64,000 nucleotides of DNA from Octopus sinensis (taxonomy: Eukaryota). The first letter of the stretch is position 1, and each line of letters starts with the position of its first letter. This document shows positions 48,783-64,000 of the stretch, in pieces. The stretch spans positions 91,698,001-91,762,000 of the forward strand of contig NC_042997.1 in NCBI RefSeq assembly GCF_006345805.1. Reading direction: 5' to 3'. Position numbers and translations under genes: made by a program. A model generated the notes under the pieces. That model was not told the origin of the DNA and ran no database searches. It was given only the letters and a program-made list of their open reading frames with translations.

Positions 48783-50065
48783 TCAGAAACACACTAAGAC
48801 TGTTAACTTGTATTACATTTGTATTATTTTTGTTATGTAGTGTCAAAATTTTCGTCAACTACGAAACAAATGGTCAACGTTGTCAGTGACCAGGTCACAG
48901 TTTCGAATGACGAAACATATGACGAAAAATATGACACCATACAATCAATAATAAATGTTTAAGTGGAGTTAACAAACTTTGCGTATGTTTGAATGGCTAA
49001 AAAGTGTCTTCCATGCTGCAGTTAGTTTACTTTCAACAAACGGTCTCAGATCAAATCACTTGCCTAGCAAATGCACCTCTGTGATACACTTCAACAGTCT
49101 AGCAGTGACGTGTACGAATGGACGTTGTGACATTTAAACGACTAAGGGGCAAAATGAGTAATTTTTAATTTCTTGTTTTCCCTCTACTTTTTTGAAACCA
49201 TTACATTGCGAGTATTGCATCATAGCTTTGTAATGTTGTAACAGCTTTGGGGAAAAAAATTGGTTAGCATTGTTGTTGAAGTTGAGAGAGTTTGAAACAT
49301 ACAAGACTATTTTGTCAAGAAATTTTTCCTCAACTTTGATCCGATTGTAATTGAGGTTGCTAATAAAATATCTGGATAATTTTTGGTGTTTAACAATCAA
49401 TATTCTTTTCTCTGTTGGATTCCAAGTCAATTTTTTCTCACACTAATGTCTAATTTGATAATTTTCGAAAATGTCTAAATCGGGGCAAAATGAGTAACGA
49501 CCAATTTCAATAATTACTTTTTTAACTGCATGGTGCATAAATACATCGGTAAGAGAGCCAGTCCATCAGATCGTGAAGAAATTATAGAGAATATTTTATG
49601 TTGAGTTTTTAGATTTAGTCGAGTTTTGTTAATTGCGTATCAAGTGCCATTGTTTCAAGATCCTCATTCATTTAAAACTGATGTGGATATTTTTTCAACT
49701 GGTTAGCCCACACATGCGCAGTGTTACTTTAAACAAGTTTTTTAATATTTTTGAAGAAATATTCATTCTTGTCACGGACTTTATAACTTTGCAAAACTAG
49801 GTCATATATTTTTGCGGTAAAGTATGCAAAGAAGGCATCGTTTCCTTAACTGCATTCAAATCACGCCCAAAGCCACATGGCATTATGTTTTATGCAGGTG
49901 GCATGTTTTTGAGATCAACTCATATATTTTAGTGTTAAATCATATGTAAACATTCTCTTATGTAACTATTAACTTCTTTCCCAGATGTCGCTGAGCCCTG
50001 ACGTCAGAAAACTTGACGAGTCAAACAATAATGGGTGTGTATCTGTTAAGACAGTCGAAACTCAC

Positions 50066-50141
50066 CTTATGCTTTCGACCAACTTTGACGAAATAGTCGA
50101 ATGTGCTGGTATTTTTAGGCAGGATCTTCCACACTTGGTGC
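50066..50141 (-). CDS. M14A carboxypeptidase (CPA/CPB-like), prodomain exon A: (x)HQVWKILPKNTSTFDYFVKVGRKHK
   Basis: Acceptor ttattatttcag|G and donor AAG|gtgagt. 76 nt, begins with the last base of a split codon. HQVW resembles the start of the M14A activation peptide, and it joins exon B in frame. Confidence 0.85.
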
Positions 50142-53045
50142 CTGAAATAATAATAAAGATGATGATGAAGACGATAACGATACCAATTTTTTTATTTGCC
50201 TGAAGGGCCCGAGACGTTAGGACAGTACTATGAAGAAGTACATATGACATTAACAAATCAGTAACAAATCAAATTCTAGTAAAAGGATGAAGTTGACAAA
50301 AATAATTAAAGGCGCATTAATAAATAGATAACAATAAATTACACTGGTAGTAGAAACAAAAATAAGAACAAAAAAATGAGTCCCGAGTAATGAGCCATAA
50401 CTCTTGGTGGAATCCAATTTCTTAATCGTTTCCTGCGGCTTCGTTTCGCATTTTTCACAGCACCCGCAAACTGGATGTGACACTTCTTCACTTCTAGTAA
50501 CAGAGACGTGACGATTTTTTATATACCTTTAGTGGATCTTGCAAGCATGAAGTGGATTCGATCCACCATAGCCAAATTTAAATTAACACTGCAACAGAAC
50601 TGTTCCCACAGTGGAACAATGGTTTTTCTCTGACAGCAGTTTTACATTTTCCAGATGCCTTTAGCTAGGCTGAAATAATGTCTTCCCAACTTGACCCTTT
50701 CTAACCTCTTCTACATCACCAAAAGCTAGAATAGATAACAAGACCACCAACTAAATCTATTGTTCTCAATAATATATCTATCCTTCTGGATCTTTATATA
50801 AGCAATCACACCCCAAGCAAAAATCAGTTAGTCACCAGCCGGCGACGACTCAACCAAGTTCGTCACATCGTGACGACTCAATTAGTTAGGGAACAGACTG
50901 CTAGAATCATGATCACAAGGAATACCTCTACTAAATATAATGGTCAGCGAGAGAAATGAAAATTAGTCAGCAGCTGTGAGACAACACCTTACAATTCTCT
51001 CTAGCTCTAATTCTGTTCTCTCACAACATCATTCTATCTGTCTCAGCAATTACTACTAAAAAATGAAGAGAACCCAAGCTCAAACTTTACTTCGCATGCT
51101 TTTGGATGTATCAAAACCTGCCCGTCGAGGCAAGGTATTTGTAACGTAACGGTAAATAAGCATTTCCTTTAAAACTTCATGCCTTGTTCATCTTTCACAT
51201 CCTACAGTATGCAATTATAACAACAACTTTTTATCATCACAACTGCTGACTCCGATATCCTCATAATATTCTTTACTAATCAATTTCTGCCGTTACATAC
51301 CGGTCACCCTGACGATGGTCAGAGGTAATCATTATTTCATTAACTATTATCCTCTGAGAAACCGTTTGGTATAATCAGTTGAAATGGATACTGCATACTT
51401 TGATTAAAATATTCAGCATAACTGCAGTCCAATGACTGAAACAAGTAAAAGATAACTTGTGATTTCGATAAACTGCTGTTAGGAATGAATATATCTGCTT
51501 TGATTTGTGTGTCATGTGTGATGGTGGCTGTTCTGAGTTCTAGTTGTAAGAATATTTTCTGAATTCGTGAGTGGTGATAAGATTTTTAATTCAGTAGAGT
51601 TTTAATAATTCCATTTGTGCTGTATTTAAGATATTTTACACTATTTGTGTTATGTTTATAAAGTTTATTTTTTAACTGACATGTGATGGAGGCAACAACA
51701 ACAACACTTCTTGTTTCTCTCGTTATTATTACTGTTAGTGCTTTTGTTATTTTGCCTATAAAATCGAGTTTTTGTTTCTGGATTATTTGTCAATGTAATT
51801 CTTTTGTGATTGTATGAATACTTCGGACGCTGTAGACACTTACCTTTATAAGCGTTTTAAAGCTCGCTTTGTGCAGGTTTTAAACTCATGTTATGAGAAA
51901 TACTTCGTGTATGGGGTACATATCGTTTGACAGCCTTCTATTTGTGATAACCTCGTCTTCTTTATTGGCTATTTTAAGAGGGCTGAGTATTTGAGCAAGA
52001 TTTGGCTGCATTTCTAACTAGGGGGCAGACTAGTTCGTGTTGTCGTCCACGCTGTTATTCTTGCTGTTGCTGCTGATGTTTATGCGGGTGTTGCTGTTAT
52101 TGTGCCTAGTGTTGCTGCTTTCTTGGTCAGAGATTGACTGTTAAAACGCTGCCACCACGTTCAATGCGAGAAGTGGTAGAAATACTGTTGTTTGCGAAGG
52201 TTACGGCGACGACGTTGGACATTCCATCCTTTGCTTCCCCTTTGGCAACAGTATGGCTGCAAGAAAACAAGCCTGTTAGTGTACTGTTGAAGTATAGGCT
52301 ACCATGCTTAAAGTAGAGGTCCAAAAATAACATTTAATCAAGTTGAAATTATGACCGTATTGAGAAGAGTCATTAGCGTTAATGAAAATTTATCTCAAAA
52401 GGAACAAAGAGAACTCCCGAAACGTCAACCGACTAAAAATTAAATGGAGACATACAGGATAAGAGTCTGGTTTCATGACATACTTAGGTCTTATTAAATC
52501 CTTTAACTGAAACAAAATCTACTCACAGCTGCCAAGGTACTGGAACGATTAATGGATGTAGTTTTTTATGAGAAAATAATTCACTGATGAGGCGAATTTA
52601 GATGTCCTTTGAGTTTATAGCTTGAACCAGCACTGCTCTCTTCATATAAAGTGTTGATTAGCACATTCATATAGAGGCCCAAAATATCCCTGTATAGGGT
52701 ATCATCGCTGACAGCGATGAGGTTGACTTTCTACCAGTTACATTACTCAGCTGTTAGGAAGTTGTGATCTGCAGATGCTAATCGCCCATTCTCGATCAGT
52801 AACGGTAACGAAGGAAGACAAAGAATTAAAGTAAGCTACCCCAATATATTGCACTTTTACTTTTTTTACTAGTTTCAGTCGTGGTAGCCGTACTGAAACA
52901 CTACTTTCTAAGATTTTAGTCGATTCCATCGCCTATAGTTTTTTTTTTTATTTTTTATTTTAGTCTGGTCTATATTTTTTCTATATCGAAATATTACACC
53001 ATGTCTAATACACAAAGTTTTGTTCCTCCTACGTTGATCCACAAT

Positions 53046-53080
<35 letters not shown>

Positions 53081-54047
53081 AGGTACACACACATAGTGTG
53101 GTGGGTGGGAAGATTTTTATTTTAGCCAATTGTCTGAATTTATCGATGGATAGCGTCAATAATGTATACGTATACAGTATTGGAAATATATAACCTTTGA
53201 CGTTGAAAGGATAAATAGTAACAAAATTTCAGAAAATATTGCAAAGATCAGATCCTATATCAATCAGAGGTGAGTAGAAGTAGAGGCAGAGGTGACAACT
53301 TGACAATCTGTATCAGCAGAAGTATAATGTTCATTGATACTTGCCTCCCTTCCGTAAATGTCTGAGGTTACTGAGGAGAACTGAGTCAGAAGCATGTGAG
53401 CCATCAATATCATCAGCAGGCTCAATGGTTGTAGCAGCGTCGAAAGATGATGAGTCAAATTTCAGTTAGTTTCCTTGCTGATGCGGCTTCTCTTAATGAG
53501 TTTTCTTAAGTCTCTAACATACTGGCAATATTGCTATATATCAGTTTCTGTTAACAAACTAAGGTACGAAATCATATTATCAAGGGATTTTCGTGTAACA
53601 GTGAATTTGCTTTGCGGCAGGGAAGGGAGTCATCATCAGGCTCTCTATCCCTGTTGTCACCAACGAGAATTTCCTCCAATATTTTTTTCTTCTTTGGTAT
53701 CCAGGATCAGCCTCGGGATTTTCTTACTAAGTTCCGACCAACGTCATGTACTTCACCTGCCTGCTTCAGTATACTAGGGAATAAATTAAATCCTTCAAAA
53801 TCGTAATCTATCTCCCCATTGTACAATATTTTTTCCAAACACTGGATAGACAGGCAAACTTCAATACTTCCGAGAAGCAGATAAATGAATATAGCTGACT
53901 TGAAGTTGTAGTTCATGACATTACTGTGAGCTCTTTGTCTCAGTGAGTCTCCTATTAAGTCGTCTGCTTTTATCGCCAAATGAACTTCGTTTTTATATCT
54001 TGTATAATCTTTTGGCAATAACAATTATACCTTGGTTGGATTTGGCG

Positions 54048-54267
54048 TTTGGTCATATTATTATGCGGAGAAAATCCCTGGAGAAGGATATCATGCTCGG
54101 AATGGTCAGTGGCAAGAGAGGAAGAGGCCGACCAAGAACCCGCTGGCTTGACACCATCAAGAGTGATACCGGAATGGACATAGCCAATCTGAAAGAAGCG
54201 GCCCAGGATAGAACTGACTGGAGGACACTGATCCACCGAGTAACCGAGAGTCGACTTCGACTGAGCG

Positions 54268-54337
<70 letters not shown>
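54048..54337 (+). mobile_element. RTE-clade LINE 3' end with (GATA)n tail and 11-bp TSD
   Basis: Translates as FGHIIMRRKSLEKDIMLGMVSGKRGRGRPRTRWLD..DRTDWR..*. TSD TGGATTTGGCG at 54037-54047 and 54338-54348. Confidence 0.9.
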
Positions 54338-54338
<1 letters not shown>

Positions 54339-54399
54339 GGATTTGGCGGTAATATTAGGTGGCAAGCTCATGCATCTTATTTTACCGCTCTTGTTAAGC

Positions 54400-56900
<2,501 letters not shown>

Positions 56901-58441
56901 ATGAGGTAGCAGTAAGAAAACAATGAAATTGTACCCGAAAATTACCTGTAAGGTGAGGTCATGAATAGAGGTATGGGTGTATGGAAGCTTGTACTATAAT
57001 GGAAACAAAGATAACTGAAAGAAGCTGGGCGAATTCTGGAGGGAAAGGTAGAAATTCAGAAGGATTTGAAGTGAATATTCATGATTCTGGTAGCCTAAGC
57101 CTTACAGTATCCATCAACAGGAAATACGAACTGTCCTATGGCTGTTATCAGAGGTATGCCCTTCTAGTGAACTCTAAACCACTGGCCGCCGACAATTCGA
57201 ACATACCACTTTAGCATCAGCTGCTCTCTTGCACTGGTTGCACCAAGGACAGCGTCATCAACCTCCAAGAGCAGGGTCACCATCCATCAACTACCAGCAT
57301 ACGCGTTGTCTGACCCCCACATCCTTGTGCACTCTCTCCCATCCAAATACTTAATTCCGTCTCCATATACAGGGTGCGCATGCATAAGCAACTACATGTG
57401 AACACACACACAAGCATCTACGTGTACGCATCTCCATATGCCCACACACCCACAACCTCACACGCCCACATTCGTACACACCGACGTACATTCTCGCATA
57501 TACCCTCCCCCACACGTATACACACACACAAGCATGCGCGCGCAACCACATGTGAACACACACACAAGCATCTACGTGTGCATACACCCCTCATGTGCCA
57601 CCTCACACACCCGCATACACTATCGTACACCCCACCACACACACACACGTATATACACGCACACATGCGTGCACACACATGCTCACGTATATACACACAC
57701 AAACTCGTAAGCACATAAACGCACGCACGTGCGTGCACACACACAAGCACAGACGCACACACGCACTGTACACATAAATACCGCAGCAGCCATGCCAGCG
57801 CACCCGCAAAACCACACTCTTCGTATACGCATATGTACGCGAGCATACGCACGCACACGCACACACCCACATACACACACACACACAGATATACACATAC
57901 ACGCATGCATAAACATACGTACACACATACATATATACACACACACATGCACACACACGTACATATGTGCACGCGCACAAACTTACACATACACACACAC
58001 TCACACACACATACACACACGTATATACGCACGCGCGCACACACGTACACAAACTTACACACGCACCTGCCCAATCACATCATCAAAGATACTCACTTTG
58101 CTGGTGGAACCGGTGTCATTTACCAAGTACCGTTATTCCCCGCAACACCATGTGACACTCTTTGACCAATAGCAACCCATCTTCTGGCAGCCATATTGGA
58201 CTATCTGGACCTCCTCATTCAGCTATTCCAAGACTTGGATGAGACGGGCTCCGTTAGGAGCCTTCGAAACTTGAACTGGTACGCAAACTGAATCAAACTA
58301 TTTTAAATAATACTTGTAGCTCTTTCTAAATGTGTTGGGTACCCTTTTCTTTCATTTGTCCACTCACTCATACAATTGCCCCAGACTGTTAAGTTCAATC
58401 CATGAACGTCTGGCTTACAGTTTGCACTGGAGAGGCAATCA

Positions 58442-58594
58442 CTGCCGTACTCGCTGAGGAATATCCAAATACCACCAAGGAAAATCTGTTTGACGCAACT
58501 CACGGAGAAAACTGAAAGCGTCATCAAGCGCGTGCGCTAGAAGGCTTTCTTCTCCGAGAATCCGTCCACTACTACATCTGCATACAGGTTTGGC
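58442..58594 (+). mobile_element. Penelope-like element (PLE) ORF N-terminal fragment, followed by a microsatellite expansion
   Basis: Single frame [53 protein letters not shown] resembles the YSLKNIPIP..KxESxIKRMRWKAFF..FGFKS block of PLE ORFs as I recall it. Confidence 0.65.
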
Positions 58595-58634
58595 TTCAAA
58601 TCTATATACATACGTACATACATACATACATACA

Positions 58635-58666
<32 letters not shown>

Positions 58667-58738
58667 CATATACATATATATATATATGTATATATACACA
58701 CACACGTATATAACGTATATATATATATGTGTATATAC

Positions 58739-58873
<135 letters not shown>

Positions 58874-58926
58874 GCATATATGTACGTATATATAGATGTA
58901 CATACAAACACACATATACATATATA

Positions 58927-58996
<70 letters not shown>

Positions 58997-59059
58997 CATC
59001 CACTCATGACCAAAGAAGACCATTGCTGACCTTTAGGAATATTGTACGTTCTAGAACTA

Positions 59060-59430
59060 ACCGATATTTTGCATTTGCGGCTCCGTTGGTGGCTAATGAC
59101 CCTACTCTTGACAAACATACACGACAACAAACATTGCAAGCCAAGCGTTCCCCATTCACTACACTAGTGCGCTTTCGAGCAACACACTTAAATTCTTCAT
59201 GCAGAATACGTGTTCTCTCAAAGCTATCGACCCCTCCTTAACCTGCTTCCTCCATCTGTAGTGATGACAAGCATTGCTCTCCCAGTCGGTCTCCTGCTTT
59301 CCACATGCCTTTAATGAGGACTTGACACAGTCCTTAAATCACATCTTTGGTTTCTGCTGGGGTCTCTTTCCACTAACAAGTTCCCCATACAGAATCTGTT
59401 TAGGAATCCTGCTGTCCTTCTTTCTAATAA
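59060..59430 (-). mobile_element. RTE-clade LINE 3' fragment
   Basis: Translates as DSRIPKQILYGELVSGKRPQQKPKM*FKDCVKSSLKACG..WESNA..RWRKQVKEG. Confidence 0.8.
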
Positions 59431-59889
59431 GTTTGCGATATATATACACACACTGATTTAACAGAGGAAAGCGGGGGCAAAACAAAGGCGATAATACAGT
59501 GACACGTATGTATTTTAAAGACTTTCTGTTTAGTATTCAACAGAACTAATATAGAAACCTAACATAGAAGAATGAATATGTTAGTTGTTCATCCTTATCC
59601 CAAATGTACTCAAAGCCTAAGAGGAGCTTTAGCATTTTTCAGTTGCTGCCATGAAGGAAATTTTGACTTCTTAAATTTAATTTTCATTGTTTGAAAAGAT
59701 AATATTAGGTTATACTCTATGCTATATGCAGAAAGAAGTCTCTTATGTCTGTTATTTAAAGACATGATTGATGAAACGCTTGATGGCCGTACGTTCAAGG
59801 ACATGCTCCAGTTACTGAAAAAGAAATTCATACACACATACATACAAATATAAACACATTACACACCCGCAGAAACATATACATACATG

Positions 59890-59930
<41 letters not shown>

Positions 59931-60195
59931 GCTAAAAAGGTTCTCTAGCTTGAATCTGTACAGGACAAATGTCTTCAAGCCGTTTGAAAAACTGAATATT
60001 AAGATTTCTAACTTCATTGTCTTGATAGGGCATCGTATTTAAACATCATTCATAGGATCTGGCGTGATTTTTCTTTTTCTTTTTTATCCTAGATAACAAG
60101 AACAACTGTATTTGTACTTAAGAGATATTTCCCTAAAGAAATTGTACGGAAAATTTATAACAACAACAATAATAATAATAATAATAATAATAATA

Positions 60196-60267
<72 letters not shown>

Positions 60268-60603
60268 GAGTGAGAGAGCAGTGCATGCCATCAAAGTGAC
60301 ACTGGGGTAAAATTTACGAAGCCCAGTATACCCATCATGACTACCTGTCTGATAAGGGTACACCAGGCACATGCATCACAACCATATGTGTGCGACATGG
60401 TGATCTAATGTCAAGATAAACAGCGCATGACCTTGCAGGTGGGGTCCAGTTAGAATTTTCTTTAGGTCGAGTAACCCATCCTGCTCAAAAGGTCCCTGAA
60501 TAAGGGTTGTTTAAGGATGTGGAACGAAACACCCATGTTTCCAGAGGTGAATTATCCAAACCCCAAAGAATCCCTCTCAACACATGGCTATGATGCTCCC
60601 CAC

Positions 60604-60604
<1 letters not shown>
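60268..60604 (-). mobile_element. Truncated copy of the (AAT)n-tailed repeat at 16061-16557
   Basis: Shares the spurious ORF MCLVYPYQTGSHDGYTGLR... and the end GCACTGCTCTCTCACTC-AATAAT. Confidence 0.7.
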
Positions 60605-60654
<50 letters not shown>

Positions 60655-62619
60655 AGTCCCCCCCCCCATTTTTTTAACAATCAGTTTAAAAAGTTGTCAA
60701 CGCAAAGGACTTTTTCAAAACTGAGCCAACCATTTGTTTTTGTGGGGGGTTTTTTTTTCAGTATAGAAAGCAAGAGAGATCATTTTATACTTTCATAGGC
60801 AGTACACGTGTAAAGATACCGTCCATGACAGGCATTGCTCTCCCAGTCCAGTTTACTATTGGGAACAATAATGAGTCAGTCTGGAATCATAACATTTCTC
60901 AGATATCAAATCTTGTATTTCACCACCTATCACATTTAAGTGGGTGATAGTCTCAGGATAATAACCTTAGACGTCAGAGATTCCGAGTCTTAAAACCCTG
61001 GAAGTTTATTTATTTGATTGAGTGTGAAAGGATCCTGGTATCTAATTTCGCTCTCTGAATACGGTGTCAAACTACCAGTTATAGGTTTCCAAGAATATTT
61101 ACTAACCATTTGCCTACTGTGTAAACTAAAGCTCCCCTTGAATATCTTTCACATCCTGGTACCACAATTAGCTTTTCAAAACTATATCTGCTCAAGACCA
61201 ATTTTTTAAAGTGTTTTCGATCTTATCTGTAATAAGAATTTAGAAAAGATTATCACTTATGAGTTTCACCATTCACTAAGCACTGAGATTAAAAGCTTTC
61301 TGTCTTAAGTGTGTCAATAGAGCTCTTTCCGATCGGAATATTTCTACCTACACTCTTCCTTTACCTATACACCACCGCATACATTCTTGCTGTCTCTCGC
61401 TTCCTGTTTTTATTCTTTCGCCAAAACATATTTTTGATTAAGTAGCATGAACAGGAACAACCACTACTCAGAAAAGTCTCTATAATAGGGATATGCAATA
61501 TTCATTTCCAGAAAATATCTTCAACTCTATGATTAAAATAGCTAAAATGTTCACACTTCTTCCAAATTCCAGTCGTCCTATTTCCTGACGACCTTTCATT
61601 ACTTTCACAAATATATCTATCAGCGAAAGTTGCAACATAAAAAGTTAGGTTTGATTTTCAGTAACATGAAAAATTATCAGTTCTGAATAGTTACTAAGTA
61701 GAAATACAACTTAAACCATAGAACTGCTTAAATATTCAGGAAACTGAGAACCAAGCGTAATCACTTGTAATTGTCAATCATAGGCTCCCCGATAAGATGC
61801 ATCTTCTGCTACCTCTATGACAATTCTATTAATCTGAGTGTCCCAATTAAGTACCAATCTACATCAAACCACATGATGAATATGTTTTGCTTCATAGCAT
61901 CACTGTTATTGGATAGCCTCTTAAAGTCTGCTAATCCCTTCGTCCACTTTTTACTCTCCATGTCAACATCTGTTTTGAATTTAATCAACAGCGATATCAT
62001 TCATTCTGTCTCTTGAATCTACTCCCATCCGAAGTTTTTTTCTTTTTTTTTTCAAACAAAACTACAGCAGTATCATCCTCACTGAGTTGTTCACATGTAT
62101 CAGTCTTGAAAGACTTAAAAAGGAAATTGTCATTAAACTTACACAAAAATGAAAGTACATGAATTAGGTATTTTCTCACAGTCAAAAACATGCAAGCAAT
62201 AACGAACTCCTTTATAAGTACCTTATTTACTCAGTCAGTTCTCTATAAATTACTACAAATTAAAAATATTTTAGAGCCACCGTTTAGGGTGGCTTTCTTA
62301 ATCCACAATCTTCTTTATAGCATTAATTCATAGCTTGAATCAATAGGGGGAAGAGTAACAGGCTGTACACCTCAATCCAAACGATATGCTCAACCGCGTC
62401 CCACTGACATAATAGCAAAGGCGTTGCCGCAGAGAATGGCCAACAACACTCCACCTCGCGGGTTTCATTTCTCAAACGGACCGTTGTAATTCCGATTTTA
62501 CGGGGGAAATCAGAGGCAACCAGAACGAGAACATCTCGACGGCGACTGGAACGAACAAATAGCGGCCGATCAAACTCCCGTACTTATTTATCTTTCTCTG
62601 TTCTGCATTACGCTCCACT

Positions 62620-63810
62620 CAGTCCGCTCGTCCACCAGCGTCTGGTACCTGGATGACGTGATCCTGGAGGCTCGGTTGTGTCTGTACTTGAGGAGTTTCA
62701 GCAAGTCATCCCAGTCCAAAATCTCCTTGAACTTGAGCTTATTCCGTTCAAGTCAAAGGTAATAAATGTGAGCCAAGGTGGGACTGAATTTTGGGACGGC
62801 ATATCTAGCATTCAGCTCGTCTTGGCGGGTGTTCGGCTGACGCCGAGGGACGTCTACTTCGTTCATGACACTCCAGTCTTCCCGAAAGCCATAGGAGTGT
62901 GCCTGGGGACCAAGCTTGAAGACCTGTCAAGGATGTCGGAGAGATTGCACCTCATTGATGCGCAGCCGATGTTCTTCCTCTTGGAGAACTGCCTAGCTCT
63001 GCCTTAGCTCCTTTTCTTGCTACGCAATACGTCTTGATACCTTCTCACAGATCGCCTCGGCGAAATCAATGCCATTATCTGGCGCAATGCTGAACTGATC
63101 TGCAATGCAAGATTTGACAGCATTGACTAGCAACAGACGAAACTACTCGTGAAATTCAGACCTGACGCTGCATGTCTATCTTTCCTCACTCTCCTCCAGT
63201 CGCACACTCAGAGTAGGATCCTCTGGGGGACGGCTGAACCTGATGTACTCGGGAACAGAAACCAGCTCTGACCGCTGGACCGTCAAAGGCCTCACCATCC
63301 CCCAGAATACAAATGTCCTATGTATAACTGGGACGACGTCAAATGCAGATATACCTTCAGATAGATTGAGGCTTCCTTGAACTAGCAGCGTCTTGCCTAC
63401 TTCCGTTTCACTTTGCAGCCAAACAACAGTGAGTGATTCAATTCGGTACCCTCCTCATCAACTGGTACCCTTCTTAATAATGAGTGTACTCGTATCAGAG
63501 TGGTCCAGCGCCGCGTTCTCCGGTTTATGAGTCACGTAAATTCCGTTGTGGAGCTGTAGCTGACGAATTCGGCCTGCATCCGTTATCATGCTGCCATAGC
63601 GCGGGCTGTTTCACCGAAACGCCACTCTGAACGACATCATCAGCAGGGATCTTGACGCAGCCGGCTTCCAGTCACAACTGGAGCCAGTGGATCTTCACTG
63701 CGGAGATGGTAAGCGCCCCGACGGAATATCCCTCTTCCCATACGAGGGAAGTAAATCCCTTATCTGAGACGTGACATGCTGCAACCCGTTCTTCACCTCG
63801 GACCTTTATA
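62620..63810 (+). mobile_element. CRE-clade (restriction-like endonuclease) non-LTR retrotransposon remnant
   Basis: Contains VWYLDD (RT), ENCLALP*LLFLLR, a GLHPLSCCHSAG..RNATLNDII zinc-knuckle region and GKRPDG..P..SKSLI*DVTC (PD-(D/E)xK-like). Confidence 0.7.
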
Positions 63811-64000
63811 GATCGATAACAAATATATTAAGCATAGTATTGGTATTCCCTGCCTCTGTTCTTTGGCCATTTATAACAGACGATGTTAGGTTCAGTGCCA
63901 AGGTAACATGAGTATTTCAAATTCTGGCACAAGCTATCGGTTTTTGAGAGAAGGTGTATGTCGATTCCATCAAAACCAGTACTTGATTGGTACTTAAATT

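Noticed and set aside
51836-51870. Strong donor AAG|gtaagt after codons for AYKG as the missing first carboxypeptidase exon
   Set aside because: It is phase 1 in that frame, whereas exon A needs phase 2. The phase-2 frame has a stop, and there is no upstream signal peptide.
51400-52130. Possible GIY-YIG (Penelope) endonuclease remnant on the minus strand (GKCLQ.., FY(I)G, YRNHKLSF)
   Set aside because: The motifs are scattered over different frames and mixed with SINE pieces, too weak to list as a feature.
52580-52610. CTGATGAGGC as a hammerhead start
   Set aside because: No GAAA box follows. It is better explained as the (F)TDEA codons of a decayed Tc1/mariner fragment. CTGANGA hits at 9420, 14346, 16185, 18789, 18974, 34709, 42079 and 61586 likewise lack stems.

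Overview
AT-rich, microsatellite-saturated eukaryotic genomic DNA. The SINE and repeat content resembles octopus (coleoid cephalopod); the species call is inference. The window is dominated by one minus-strand gene for a zinc metallocarboxypeptidase of the M14A (carboxypeptidase A/B) subfamily. I could splice nine coding exons in frame between 50141 and 797 (1004 nt, about 334 codons): prodomain, an RAKR|G junction, HGRE, RKTR, NRNF, LHAY and the Tyr248-equivalent codon. The first (signal-peptide) exon was not identified with confidence, and the last exon(s) lie beyond position 1. Introns are full of transposon debris: maT/DD37D and mariner DNA transposons, MITEs, RTE, L1/Tx1, R4/Dong-like, I/Jockey-like, CRE-like and Penelope-like retroelements, and tRNA-derived SINEs. 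The most notable signal is a set of type I hammerhead ribozymes (HHRs) in at least four unrelated sequence contexts. These are a 534-bp tandem unit present as about 3.4 identical copies with an inverted 5' arm (3206-5010), a 498-bp unit (38503-39210), a perfect 132-bp palindrome carrying one HHR per strand (47922-48053), and a decayed copy (23848-23946). The first three are flanked by (TA)n tracts. This is the expected footprint of retrozyme-like, circular-RNA-producing, non-autonomous retroelements mobilised by Penelope-like elements, and a Penelope ORF fragment is present at 58442-58594. A 284-bp tandem unit with a tRNA-like gene (19425-20233) shows the same tandem-plus-inversion architecture without a ribozyme. 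All structures were folded by eye; no searches or computations were run.
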